From Pseudomonadota bacterium (GTDB lineage: Archaea; Thermoplasmatota; SW-10-69-26; JACQPN01; JAJPHT01), in contig JAJPHT010000029.1 in the NCBI GenBank assembly GCA_021325135.1, positions 160,001 to 224,000 of the forward strand: a DNA stretch of 64,000 nt. Reading direction: 5' to 3'. Every line of letters starts with the position of its first letter. Positions within the stretch are counted from its first letter, which is position 1. Made by a program: the position numbers and the translations under genes. Of this stretch, positions 1 to 10,663 are shown one piece after another. The notes under the pieces were generated by a model. That model was not told the origin of the DNA and did no database searches. It worked only from the letters and a program-made list of their open reading frames with translations.

Positions 1-2
1 CC

Positions 3-1112
3 GCGGGCGGCATGGCCGCGCACGCGCAACCGTGGGGCCCCTTCGCGGAGGCCGTGGTCGTGGCGCCCCACGAGGTGGACCTCCCCGGCTTCGAGGGCTT
101 CGTGGGCGGACATCCCACGCCCGACGCGGGGAGCCTCGCGGCGGGCGAGCGCGCGCTGGCCCTCGCCCGCGCCTGCGGGCCCGGCGACCTGCTGATCGTC
201 TTGCTATCAGGTGGGGCCTCCGCGCTCTGCGAGTCGCCCCTGGTGCCGCTCTCCGACCTCCAGCGCGTGAACGGCCTGCTCCTGCACGCCGACGCGCCCA
301 TCGAGGAGGTCAACGCGGTGCGGCGCCACCTCTCGGCGCTCAAGGGGGGCCGCCTCGCGCTGGCGTGCGCGGGCGAGGTCCTGCTCCTGGCCATCAGCGA
401 CGTGGAGCCCGGCGACCTGGCGAGCCTGGGCTCGGGCCCGGTGAGCCCGGACCCCACGACGTGCGCCGACGCGCTGGAGGTCCTGGCGCGTCGCGGCGTC
501 CTCGACGCCGTGCCGCCCCGCGCGCGGGCCGTCCTGGAGTCGGGCGAGGGGGAGACGCCCAAGCCTGGCGACGCGGCGTTCGCGCGCGTGCGCTCCTTTG
601 TGCTGGCCGACAACGACACGGCGCTGCGCGCGGCCTCGCTCCAGGCGTCGCGGCTGGGCTACGACGTGCGGATGCTGTCGGGCTGGCTGCGGGGCGAGGC
701 GCGGGAGCGCGGCCGCGACCTCGCGCAGGCCGCACGCGACGCCGCCACCGGCCGCGGCCGCCCCCTGGCGCTCCTGGCGGGCGGCGAGACGGTCGTGCGC
801 GTCGCGGGACACGGCAAGGGGGGCCGCAGCCAGGAGATCGCCCTCGCGGCGATGGAGGGGCTCTCCGCGCAGGACGCCGCGCTCGCCGCGCTGGGCACCG
901 ACGGCCGCGACGGGCCCACCGACGCGGCGGGCGCCATCGTGGACGGCCGCAGCCTCGCGCGGGCCCAGGCGCTGGGCCTCGACGTGGGCGCGCACCTGGA
1001 GGAGAATGATAGCTTCCCCGTCTTCGAGGCGCTGCACGACCTCATCCGCACGGGCCCCACCGGGACCAACGTGCGCGACGTCGTCGTGCTCCTCGTGCGG
1101 CGCGGCTCATGA
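3..1112 (+). CDS. Glycerate 2-kinase (GckA/TtuD, MOFRL domain); probably 5'-truncated at the window edge
   Basis: Motifs GGHPTPD, LLSGGASAL, RRHLSALKGG, SGPVSPD, GGETVV, GTDGRDGPT and TGPTGTNVRD; the frame is open to the window start. Confidence 0.9.
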   Translation, partial: AGGMAAHAQPWGPFAEAVVVAPHEVDLPGFEGFVGGHPTPDAGSLAAGERALALARACGPGDLLIVLLSGGASALCESPLVPLSDLQRVNGLLLHADAPIEEVNAVRRHLSALKGGRLALACAGEVLLLAISDVEPGDLASLGSGPVSPDPTTCADALEVLARRGVLDAVPPRARAVLESGEGETPKPGDAAFARVRSFVLADNDTALRAASLQASRLGYDVRMLSGWLRGEARERGRDLAQAARDAATGRGRPLALLAGGETVVRVAGHGKGGRSQEIALAAMEGLSAQDAALAALGTDGRDGPTDAAGAIVDGRSLARAQALGLDVGAHLEENDSFPVFEALHDLIRTGPTGTNVRDVVVLLVRRGS

Positions 1113-1439
1113 GGGCGGGCCCAGCATCGAATCGGCCAGCTCCTTCTGGTCCCACGAGAAGGCGCGCGCCATCCTCAGGCCCGCGCCGCGGGGGACGCCC
1201 AGCATCGCCAGCGGCCTCGGGAAGCGCGCCCACTCCACGGCCAGGCGCCCCGGGCCACGCGAGAGCACGCGCCCCACCGCGATGGCGCCCGCGTCCTCGC
1301 GGTGGAGGAACACGTAGTCCCGCGGCTGGAGCGCGACGCGCGACGCGGCCGGCGGGTCGAACGTCCCCGCGGCGATCCAGCGCGACGCCTGCTCCGCGTC
1401 CGCGCGCGCGAGGCGCAGATGCCAGACCCGGGGCGCCAT
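1107..1439 (-). CDS. Hypothetical protein (possible EVE/PUA-like fold)
   Basis: 110-aa ORF with host-like codon usage filling the gap; 'LQPRDYVFLH...IAVGRV' weakly resembles EVE domains. Confidence 0.5.
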   Translation of the reverse strand: MAPRVWHLRLARADAEQASRWIAAGTFDPPAASRVALQPRDYVFLHREDAGAIAVGRVLSRGPGRLAVEWARFPRPLAMLGVPRGAGLRMARAFSWDQKELADSMLGPPS

Positions 1440-1526
1440 GGGGCCACCCGAGCCTCGTCGTCCGTGAGGGGCGTTCGGGAGGGGTGGAACGGAAGTGAGA
1501 CGCGCCCATCCCGGAGTGCCGAATCG

Positions 1527-1533
1527 TTAAATA
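1527..1533 (+). promoter_or_regulatory. TATA box upstream of tRNA-Pro/L30e/NusA
   Basis: TTAAATA in a GC-rich context upstream of the tRNA. Confidence 0.6.
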
Positions 1534-1588
1534 GGGCGAGCGGGATGGGGGCGCCACCCCTGGTGGCGAAAGCCGCCGAGAATTCCAC

Positions 1589-1661
1589 GGGTCCGTGGGG
1601 TAGCTTGGTATCCTTGGTGCTTGGGGTGCACTTGACTCCAGTTCAAATCTGGACGGACCCA
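1589..1661 (+). tRNA. tRNA-Pro(GGG)
   Basis: Cloverleaf: acceptor GGGTCCG/CGGACCC, anticodon arm GGTGC-TTGGGGT-GCACT, T arm TCCAG-TTCAAAT-CTGGA; no encoded CCA. Confidence 0.95.
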
Positions 1662-1711
1662 CTCCTCCGGAGTCACCCCGCGCCTGCGGGGCGGAGAAGG
1701 AGAATCTTTCC

Positions 1712-2014
1712 ATGGACGTGAACCGCGCCCTGCGCAACGCCGCCGCCACCGGCACCGTGAACCTCGGCTACAAGGAGACGCTGGCCGCCATCGAGACCAA
1801 GAAGGCCAAGCTGGTCGTCCTCGCCGACAACGCGCCCGCCGAGATCGTCGGCAACATCGAGACCGCGACCCGCGCCCACAAGGTGCCCGTCTACCGCTAC
1901 GGCGGCAAGAACACCGAGCTGGGCCCCGCGTGCGGGCGCCCCTACAGCGTCGCCGTCCTCTCCATCGTGGACGCGGGCGACAGCGACGTCCTCCAGCTCG
2001 CCAAGGGCGCCTGA
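1712..2014 (+). CDS. rpl30e: 50S ribosomal protein L30e
   Basis: TGTVNLGYKET...KLVVLADNAP...ELGPACGRPYSV...IVDAGDSD; adjacent to nusA. Confidence 0.95.
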   Translation: MDVNRALRNAAATGTVNLGYKETLAAIETKKAKLVVLADNAPAEIVGNIETATRAHKVPVYRYGGKNTELGPACGRPYSVAVLSIVDAGDSDVLQLAKGA

Positions 2015-2040
2015 GGGAGCGAAGGCGGATGCCGAGCGAA

Positions 2041-2082
2041 CGCGAGGACCGCAGCGGCTGCGCTCCGCAGCCGCGAGGACCG
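2041..2082. repeat. Hairpin flanked by an 11-bp direct repeat
   Basis: CGCGAGGACCG at 2041 and 2072; stem GCGGCTGCG-ctc-CGCAGCCGC at 2054-2074. Confidence 0.75.
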
Positions 2083-2095
2083 GAGCTGCGCTGAC

Positions 2096-2521
2096 ATGGT
2101 CGAGATCAAGCTGGACGCCGAGGCGCTCCGCATCTTCTCCATGTTCGAGCGTATGACCGGCGCCGAGCTGAAGGACTTCCAGGAGGAGGAGGACCGCGTG
2201 GTCTTCGTCGTCGTGGAGGGCCAGATCGGCCGCGCGGTGGGCAAGGGCGCGCAGAACCTCAAGCGCCTGCGCGAGACGCTGGGCAAGGAGGTCGTGCTCT
2301 ACGGCTACGCGGCCGACCGCGAGCAGTTCCTCAAGAACGTCTTCCACCGATTCACCGTGGAGGGCGTCGAGTGGGAAGACCGCAACGGCGACATCATCGC
2401 CCACGTGAAGCTCCCGCAAGAGGAGAAGGGCAAGGCCATCGGCAAGGGCGGCCGCAACATCCAGCTTGCGCGGCAGCTCATGAAGCGCCACCACCAGGTG
2501 GCCGACGTCAGCCTGGAGTGA
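2096..2521 (+). CDS. nusA: Archaeal NusA-like transcription factor (two KH domains)
   Basis: GRAVGKGAQN and KGKAIGKGGRNI KH motifs; 141 aa; follows L30e. Confidence 0.95.
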   Translation: MVEIKLDAEALRIFSMFERMTGAELKDFQEEEDRVVFVVVEGQIGRAVGKGAQNLKRLRETLGKEVVLYGYAADREQFLKNVFHRFTVEGVEWEDRNGDIIAHVKLPQEEKGKAIGKGGRNIQLARQLMKRHHQVADVSLE

Positions 2522-3710
2522 CCTCGCGGTACACCGCCAGCGTGCGGTCCGCCACGGCGTCCCACGAGAAGAGCGACATCGCGCGCTCGCGCCCCGCGGC
2601 GCCCATCCTTTTTCCGATCCATGGCGCGCGCAGCAGCTCGCCCATGGCGCCGGCCAGCGCGGCCTCGTCGCCGTAGGGCACCAGCAGCCCCGTGCGCCCC
2701 TCCTGCACGACCTCGGGGGCGCCGCCCACGCGCGTCGCGACGCAGGGCACGCCGCACGCCATGGCCTCCAGCAGCACGATGCCGAAGGCCTCCCACTCGC
2801 TGGGCAGCACGAAGAGGTCCGCCGCGGCGAGGTGCTCGCGGTACGCGCCATCGGGGAGGTGGCCCGTGAAGCGCACGCGGTCCGCGATGCCGCGCTCCTT
2901 CGCCATGGCCTCCAGCCGTGGGCGCCACCCCTGGTCCTCGCCCGCCAGGACGAGCACGGCGGCGGGGTCCCCCTTCGCGGCGGCCGCGAAGGCGGGCACC
3001 AGCACGTGCAGGCCCTTGTTGCTGGCGAGGCGGCCGGCGAAGAGGACGATCTTCGCACCCGAAGGGAGGCCCAAGCGGTGGCGCACGCCCTCGCCATCGG
3101 GCACGCTGCGGAACTTGTCGGCGTCGAAGCCGTTGGGGATGACGCGCACCTTGGCCTCGTCCAGCGGGAGGTGCTTCTTCATCTCCTCGATCTCGCCGCG
3201 GCTCACACCGATGACGCGCGAGGCCTGGCGGACCACCGAGGCGCCCAGCGTGGGGTCGAACGCGCGGCGCAGGAGGCGCCGGCCGGCACCCCCCTCCATG
3301 CTCCAGGGCGGGTGGAAGTGCGGCGTGAAGACCAGCGGCGTGCCGGTCGCGCGGGAGGCCCGCGCCGCGGCGACGGTCTGGTGATAGCCGTAGGAGTGGG
3401 CATGCAGCACGTCGGCGCCGCGGGCGGCCTCGCGCAGCGCGCGGGGCAGGGCGGGCATCACGGTCCACGATCCCAGGAGGCGCCGCGCGCGGTGGCGGAC
3501 GACCTTCACGCCGCCCATCTCGCCCCCCAGGTCGCCGCGCACGAAGGGGTACTCGGTGTGGAGGTCGCTGGTGTGCACGACGACGTCGTGCCCGCGGCGC
3601 GCGTAGGCCTCGGCGAGGCTGCGGACGTGCGTCTCCGCTCCGCCGGGCGCGGGAGGATATCGGACGCACGTCAGGACGATGCGCAGGGCGCGGTTCCCCC
3701 GCGCCGCCAA
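2508..3710 (-). CDS. GT4 family glycosyltransferase
   Basis: YPPAPGGAE, FAGRL...KG, PSEWEAFGIVLLEAMACG. Confidence 0.92.
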   Translation of the reverse strand: MAARGNRALRIVLTCVRYPPAPGGAETHVRSLAEAYARRGHDVVVHTSDLHTEYPFVRGDLGGEMGGVKVVRHRARRLLGSWTVMPALPRALREAARGADVLHAHSYGYHQTVAAARASRATGTPLVFTPHFHPPWSMEGGAGRRLLRRAFDPTLGASVVRQASRVIGVSRGEIEEMKKHLPLDEAKVRVIPNGFDADKFRSVPDGEGVRHRLGLPSGAKIVLFAGRLASNKGLHVLVPAFAAAAKGDPAAVLVLAGEDQGWRPRLEAMAKERGIADRVRFTGHLPDGAYREHLAAADLFVLPSEWEAFGIVLLEAMACGVPCVATRVGGAPEVVQEGRTGLLVPYGDEAALAGAMGELLRAPWIGKRMGAAGRERAMSLFSWDAVADRTLAVYREVTPG

Positions 3711-3791
3711 GGCGGGCTCCCGGCATAAGCCCTGCCCGATTCAAGCGTCTTCATCGCCAACGTTAAGTGGCGCCGCGAGGGTCGCCGAGGC

Positions 3792-4499
3792 GTGAAGCGG
3801 GCGTTCCTGGACGAGGGCAGGCCCGAGGAGGTCGCCCACGCCATCCGCCAGGTGGTGGAGGCGCGCGGCGCCCTCGTGAGGGAGCACGTCGCCCGCCGCG
3901 TCCGCTTCGCCGACCAGCCCAAGGGGCGCGCCTGGCTGCGCGACGGCTACGTCGGCATCTACCAGCCCCTGGGCGAGCCCCAGGTGGAGGTGCGCCTCCT
4001 GCTGCGCGCCCGCTGGCCGTGGCGCATCCTCTGGACCGTCGCCCTGCTCAACCTCGTCCTGGCCCTCGTGCTCGTCATCACCGCCCCCGACGGCAACACG
4101 TGGTTCCTCGCCGCCTTCGCAGGCGGCTTCGCGCTCCTGGCGGCCGCGCTGGTCCACCTCAACACGCTGGAGCCCGTGCGTCAGGAGGAGGCCGCCTGGA
4201 TGGAGGCCTTCGAGCAGGAGCTTCGCCGCGAGCTTCCGGAGACCGAATTGGAGGACGCGCTCCAGCACGAGCGCCGCGCGGCCGAGCTGGAGCTGGAGGG
4301 CGAGATCGCGCAGCGCCGCGTCGCCCGCGCGCGGAAGAGCGCGCCCAAGCCGCCCAAGGAGAAGGGGCGCCGCTTCAGCCTCCGGCCCAACAAGGAGAAG
4401 GAGCCGGAGGAGAGCCCCGAGGACCGCCTCGCCAAGCTGCGCGCGCGCAAGGCGGAGCTTGAGGCCCAGCAGCAGCGCGAGGCCGACGGGAAGGCGTGA
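3792..4499 (+). CDS. Hypothetical membrane protein with charged coiled-coil tail
   Basis: Two hydrophobic segments; TTAAG promoter-like box about 28 nt upstream; host-like codons. Confidence 0.75.
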   Translation: MKRAFLDEGRPEEVAHAIRQVVEARGALVREHVARRVRFADQPKGRAWLRDGYVGIYQPLGEPQVEVRLLLRARWPWRILWTVALLNLVLALVLVITAPDGNTWFLAAFAGGFALLAAALVHLNTLEPVRQEEAAWMEAFEQELRRELPETELEDALQHERRAAELELEGEIAQRRVARARKSAPKPPKEKGRRFSLRPNKEKEPEESPEDRLAKLRARKAELEAQQQREADGKA

Positions 4500-4970
4500 T
4501 CAGGCCTTCGTGAGGTCGAGGACGGCCGTGCCCATCCCCGAGCCGCGGAAGGTCACCGTCCACACGCCGGGCGCCAAGACCTGTCCGTCCTCCGAGACGA
4601 ACGTCTGGCAGTGGCCGCTGGAGCCCTTGACGGTGGAAGACGAGCCGTCGCTCATCGATCCCCCTTCAGGGTCCACGATCTTGACGTCGAACGAGCCGGA
4701 GCAGACCGGCGCGCCCTGGGGGCCGTCGAGGTAGACGTGCAGGTCGAGGGGCCCCCAGGAGGCGTAGATCGTGAAGTTGCGCGTCTCGTCGGGCTGGCGG
4801 TAGTCGTGGGTCCAGTGGAGGGGCGTGAAGCCGGGAGTCCCGGCCGCTCCCGGCTTGCCGGGGCTCCCGCCGTCGGGATGGGAGGGGGCGGAGGGCGTGG
4901 AAGGCGCGTCGGCGCTGGAGGAGCAGCCGGCCACGAAGGCCGCCAGCAGGAGGAGGGCGAGAGGGCGCAC
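4500..4970 (-). CDS. Hypothetical lipoprotein
   Basis: Signal peptide with lipobox VAGC, followed by a Pro/Ser linker and a beta-rich domain. Confidence 0.75.
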   Translation of the reverse strand: MRPLALLLLAAFVAGCSSSADAPSTPSAPSHPDGGSPGKPGAAGTPGFTPLHWTHDYRQPDETRNFTIYASWGPLDLHVYLDGPQGAPVCSGSFDVKIVDPEGGSMSDGSSSTVKGSSGHCQTFVSEDGQVLAPGVWTVTFRGSGMGTAVLDLTKA

Positions 4971-4997
4971 GCGCCGCTAACAAAGGCGGAGGATATG

Positions 4998-5960
4998 TTA
5001 CTTGCGGCGCTTCAGCACGTTGCGCACCGCGTCCGCGAGCGCCTTCCCGGTGAGGCCGTGCTTTTCGTACAATTCAGCGGGCAGCCCGCTCTCGACGTAG
5101 CGGTCCTGCACGCCGACGCGCGCCAGCGGCACGGGGTACGTGTCGCCCAGCGTCTCGGCCACCGCGCCGCCCAGGGCGCCGATCACCGTGTGGTCCTCGG
5201 CGGTGACCACCGCGCCGGTGTCGCGCGCCGCGCGCTCCAGCGTGGCGGCGTCCACGGGCTTCACGGTGTGCGCGTTGAGCACGCGCACCGAGACGCCCTC
5301 GCGCTTGAGGAGGTCGTGCGCGACGAGGGCCTCGGAGACCAGCGCGCCGCACGCGGCGAGGGTGGCGTCCACGCCGTCGCGCAGCACGGGCCACGCGCCG
5401 ATCCGGAAGGGCGCCTCGGGCTCGGTGAGGACGGGCACCTTCTGCCGCGTGAGCTTGAGGTACGCCGGCCCGTCGAAGGCGTTGAGCGCCGCGACGGCGT
5501 TCATGGCCTCGTTGGCGTCCGCCGGCACGACGACGCGGAAGTTGGGCAGCGCGCGGTAGATGGCGACGTCCTCGATGGCGTGGGCCGACGCGCCGTCCTC
5601 GCCGGTCATGATGCCGCCGTGGCTGCCCACGATCTTCACGTTGAGGTTGGGCCGCGCGACGGCGTTGCGCGTGATCTCGAAGGCGCGCTCGGTGAAGATG
5701 GCGAACGTGCTGGCGAAGGGGCGCAGCCCCGTGGTGGAGAGGCCCGCGGCGGTGAGGACCATGTCCTGCTCCGCGATGCCCATCTGGAAGAAGCGCTCGG
5801 GGTGCGCGTCGCCGAACCACTTGCTGCGCGTGCTCTCGGCCAGGTCCGCGTCCAGCGCCACGACGCGCGCGTCGCGCTCGCCTTCGCGGAAGAGGCCCGC
5901 TCCGTAGCCGTCCCGCGTCGGGGCGGGCTTGTCGAACCCTTGCGGCACCTTGTGGCTCAT
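4998..5960 (-). CDS. Transketolase C-terminal subunit
   Basis: TRDGYG, LDADLAEST, GIAEQDM, GEDGASAH, VTAEDH; ATG at 5960 has a GGAGGTG Shine-Dalgarno (SD). Confidence 0.93.
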   Translation of the reverse strand: MSHKVPQGFDKPAPTRDGYGAGLFREGERDARVVALDADLAESTRSKWFGDAHPERFFQMGIAEQDMVLTAAGLSTTGLRPFASTFAIFTERAFEITRNAVARPNLNVKIVGSHGGIMTGEDGASAHAIEDVAIYRALPNFRVVVPADANEAMNAVAALNAFDGPAYLKLTRQKVPVLTEPEAPFRIGAWPVLRDGVDATLAACGALVSEALVAHDLLKREGVSVRVLNAHTVKPVDAATLERAARDTGAVVTAEDHTVIGALGGAVAETLGDTYPVPLARVGVQDRYVESGLPAELYEKHGLTGKALADAVRNVLKRRK

Positions 5961-6017
5961 CGAGCCACCTCCGCAAGGGTTCGACAGGCCGAATCCGCAG
6001 ATTCGGCCGTGTCGAAC
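5930..6017. repeat. Overlapping inverted repeats between the transketolase subunits
   Basis: Perfect 16-bp IR TGTCGAACCCTTGCGG (5930-5945 / 5971-5986); second stem GTTCGACA-GGCCGAATC-cgca-GATTCGGCC-gTGTCGAAC (5979-6017). Confidence 0.85.
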
Positions 6018-6039
6018 TTCGCGGGGACCGCGTGGGCCA

Positions 6040-6903
6040 TCAGATCGCCCCCGTGAACTCTTCCCCAAGCTCCGCGAGCGCGCGCTTCATCTCGTCGTCG
6101 GTGAGCGCCCGCCCGTGGTAGTCCGCCTTGAGGCGCATGAACGAGACGCCGTTCCCCTTCTCGGTCTTCGCGAGGAGGAGCACCGGCTTGCCGCTGCCCA
6201 CGCGGGAGTCGGCGTAGTCGTAGGCCGCCAGGACCTCCTTCAGGTCGTGGCCGTTGAACTCGCGCACGTCCCAGCCGAAGGCGCGCCACTTGTCGGCGAA
6301 GGGCTCCAGGTCCTTCACGTCCTTGACGAAGCCGTCGATCTGGATCTGGTTCCAGTCCACGATGCAGGTGAGGTTGTCGAGCTTGCGGAAGGGCGTCGTC
6401 ATGGCGCTCTCCCACACGCTCCCCTCCTGGCATTCGCCGTCGCCCAGCATCACCCACACGCGCGTGGAGCGGCCCGCGAGGCGCTCGCCCAGCGCGACGC
6501 CGTTGCCGAAGCCCAGCCCCATGCCGAGGCTGCCGGCGCTCATGTCCACCCCTGGAATCTTGTGGTCGGTGTGCCCCTGGAGGAGGTGCCCCGCGCGACG
6601 CAGGCCCTTGAACTCCTCGCGGCTGAAGAAGCCCCGCTCGGCGAGCACGGCGTAGAGGCCCGGGCACGTGTGCCCCTTGCTGAGGATGAAGCGGTCGCGC
6701 CCCTGCTTCTTGGGGTCGCGGGGGTCGACGCGCAGGCGCGTCGCGTAGAGCGCCACCAGCAGCTCGGCCATGCTCATGGAGCCTCCCGGGTGGCCGCTCT
6801 GCGCCTTGTGCGTCATGCGCAGCACGTCGACGCGGACGCGGCGCGCGGCCTCCTTCAGCTCGTCGAGGTTGGGCTTCGCGGGGGCCAGCGCGACGGGGAG
6901 CAT
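6040..6903 (-). CDS. Transketolase N-terminal subunit
   Basis: SGHPGGS, DRFILSKGH, LQGH, GSLGMG, GDGECQEG TPP motif; TTTAT box about 25 nt upstream of the ATG at 6903. Confidence 0.95.
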   Translation of the reverse strand: MLPVALAPAKPNLDELKEAARRVRVDVLRMTHKAQSGHPGGSMSMAELLVALYATRLRVDPRDPKKQGRDRFILSKGHTCPGLYAVLAERGFFSREEFKGLRRAGHLLQGHTDHKIPGVDMSAGSLGMGLGFGNGVALGERLAGRSTRVWVMLGDGECQEGSVWESAMTTPFRKLDNLTCIVDWNQIQIDGFVKDVKDLEPFADKWRAFGWDVREFNGHDLKEVLAAYDYADSRVGSGKPVLLLAKTEKGNGVSFMRLKADYHGRALTDDEMKRALAELGEEFTGAI

Positions 6904-6946
6904 CACGCGGCCCACGAGGCTTCCCCCATAAAGGCGTTTCCCGGGT

Positions 6947-7195
6947 TCAGGAGGGGCAGGACCCTTGGAGGCCGGCGAGCCCTTCGAGGGCGGCGACGAA
7001 GCAGTCGGTGGCGCGGACGAGCCCCCAGCAAGTGGGGCCCTCCTGGTGGAGCGCGTAGCCGCCTTCCTGGAGGGCGCACGAGGCCTCGTAGGTCGCGAGG
7101 ACGACGAGGAGCATGGGATCGGGCACGTTGGCCGAGGCGACGGGCACCGCGAGCAGCGGGGCGCAGAAGAGGGCGACGACGAGGAGCGCGCGCAT
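6947..7195 (-). CDS. Small secreted hypothetical protein
   Basis: Signal-peptide-like N-terminus; Cys-containing 82-aa ORF. Confidence 0.5.
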   Translation of the reverse strand: MRALLVVALFCAPLLAVPVASANVPDPMLLVVLATYEASCALQEGGYALHQEGPTCWGLVRATDCFVAALEGLAGLQGSCPS

Positions 7196-7262
7196 CGCGG
7201 CCCACGCGCCGAGGGCGCGGATGGACCTTGCGGCCGCGCAGCCGGGGGCGCTTCGGACTCAG

Positions 7263-7348
7263 CGCCGAGGGTGAGATTCGAACTCACGAGGCCAGATGGC
7301 CACCAGTTTTCAAGACTGGCGCGTTGGGCCGGGCTCTGCCACCTCGGC
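7263..7348 (-). tRNA. tRNA-Ser(TGA)
   Basis: Reverse complement GCCGAGG...CCAGT-CTTGAAA-ACTGG, long variable arm GGCCATCTGGCC, T arm GTGAG-TTCGAAT-CTCAC. Confidence 0.95.
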
Positions 7349-7445
7349 GGTGCGGCGAAGGAGGGGGGCCCGCCGCATGAAGGCTCCGTGGTCCCGCCCG
7401 CCCCCGGCATAGGTTCAAGCGGGAGAGGCCCCTCGAAGCGGAGCG

Positions 7446-9422
<1,977 letters not shown>

Positions 9423-9472
9423 CCCCGCCTTCGGGCAAGCTCCAAGAGGGAGGCGCGCCTGGGAGCGGAGCG

Positions 9473-10663
9473 ATGGCCGGCGCCGCCGCGGTGGGCGAGG
9501 AGAAACAGGCGACCCCGCCCGCCCCCAGCCGCTTCCTCCTGCGCGTCGCGCTGGTCTTCCTCGCGTGGTCCGCGCTGCACGTGGGCGTCGTGGGCGCGGT
9601 CTTCTGGACGGCCCTCCCCTGGTGGGCCGCGCCCCTGGCGTTCCTCGTCGCGGTGGCGCCCATCCCCGCGCTCCTCTCCAGCTTCCGCGAGGACGCGTAT
9701 CCCGGCGCCCTCACGCGCGTCCTGGTGATGCGCCCCTTCTGGTACGTGCAGCTGGGGCTGCCGCTGCTGAGCCTCGCCGCCGCGCTGGGCCTCCTCGCGG
9801 GCCTTCCCTTCGGCCACGCCCTCCTCTGGGGGCGCGCCGCGGTGGCGGGCACGGCCCTCCTCCTGGTGGCGCTCTACGTCGCGGGCTACCTGGGCTCGCG
9901 CCGCCTGGTGGTGCGCCGCGTCTCGTTCGCGTACCCCGACCTGCCCGAGGGGCTCGACGGGACGGTGGTCGCGCAGCTGTCGGACCTGCACGTGGGCCCG
10001 CACACGTCGCGCCGCTTCCTGAGGCGCATCGCCGCGGCGGTGGAGGCCGCGAAGCCCGACCTCATCGCGTACACCGGCGACCAGGTGGACGACTACGACC
10101 GCGACGTCGCGCGCTTCGCCCAGGTCTTCGGACCGCTGAAGGCGCCCCTGGGCGTCTTCGCCATCGCGGGCAACCACGACGTGTACGCCGGGTGGCCCGG
10201 CGTCAAGGCGGGCATGGAGGGCGCGGGCATGCGCGTGCTGGTCAACGACGCGGAGCCCGTGCGCCGCGGCGGCTCGGAGATGTGGATCGTGGGCACCGGC
10301 GACCCCGCCGGCGCGCAGGGGTTCGGCGGGCTGGCGCCCGAGGCCGCGCCCGACGTGCCCCTCGCGCTCTCCCGCGTGCCGCCCGGCGCGTTCACCCTGG
10401 CGTTGGCGCACAACCCCGCGCTCTGGCCCGCACTTGCGCAGCGCGGCGTCCACCTCACCCTCAGCGGCCACACGCACCACGGCCAATTCAGCATCCCCGC
10501 GCTGGGCTGGTCGCTGGCCTCGCCCTTCCTGGACCTGGCCATGGGGACCTACGAGCGCGCGGGCTCGCGGCTGCACATCCACCCGGGGACGAACTACTGG
10601 GGCATCCCCTTCCGGTTGGGCGCCTGGCCCGAGGTCACGCTGGTCACGCTGCGGCGCGCGTGA
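9473..10663 (+). CDS. Membrane-anchored metallophosphoesterase (YkuE-like)
   Basis: SDLH, TGD, GNHD, LAHNP, SGHTHHGQ; N-terminal transmembrane segments. Confidence 0.9.
   Translation: MAGAAAVGEEKQATPPAPSRFLLRVALVFLAWSALHVGVVGAVFWTALPWWAAPLAFLVAVAPIPALLSSFREDAYPGALTRVLVMRPFWYVQLGLPLLSLAAALGLLAGLPFGHALLWGRAAVAGTALLLVALYVAGYLGSRRLVVRRVSFAYPDLPEGLDGTVVAQLSDLHVGPHTSRRFLRRIAAAVEAAKPDLIAYTGDQVDDYDRDVARFAQVFGPLKAPLGVFAIAGNHDVYAGWPGVKAGMEGAGMRVLVNDAEPVRRGGSEMWIVGTGDPAGAQGFGGLAPEAAPDVPLALSRVPPGAFTLALAHNPALWPALAQRGVHLTLSGHTHHGQFSIPALGWSLASPFLDLAMGTYERAGSRLHIHPGTNYWGIPFRLGAWPEVTLVTLRRA

Noticed and set aside
1441-1588. Possible RNase P or SRP RNA upstream of tRNA-Pro
   Set aside because: No conserved P4 or SRP helix-8 motifs; the region is explained by divergent promoters and a short leader hairpin.
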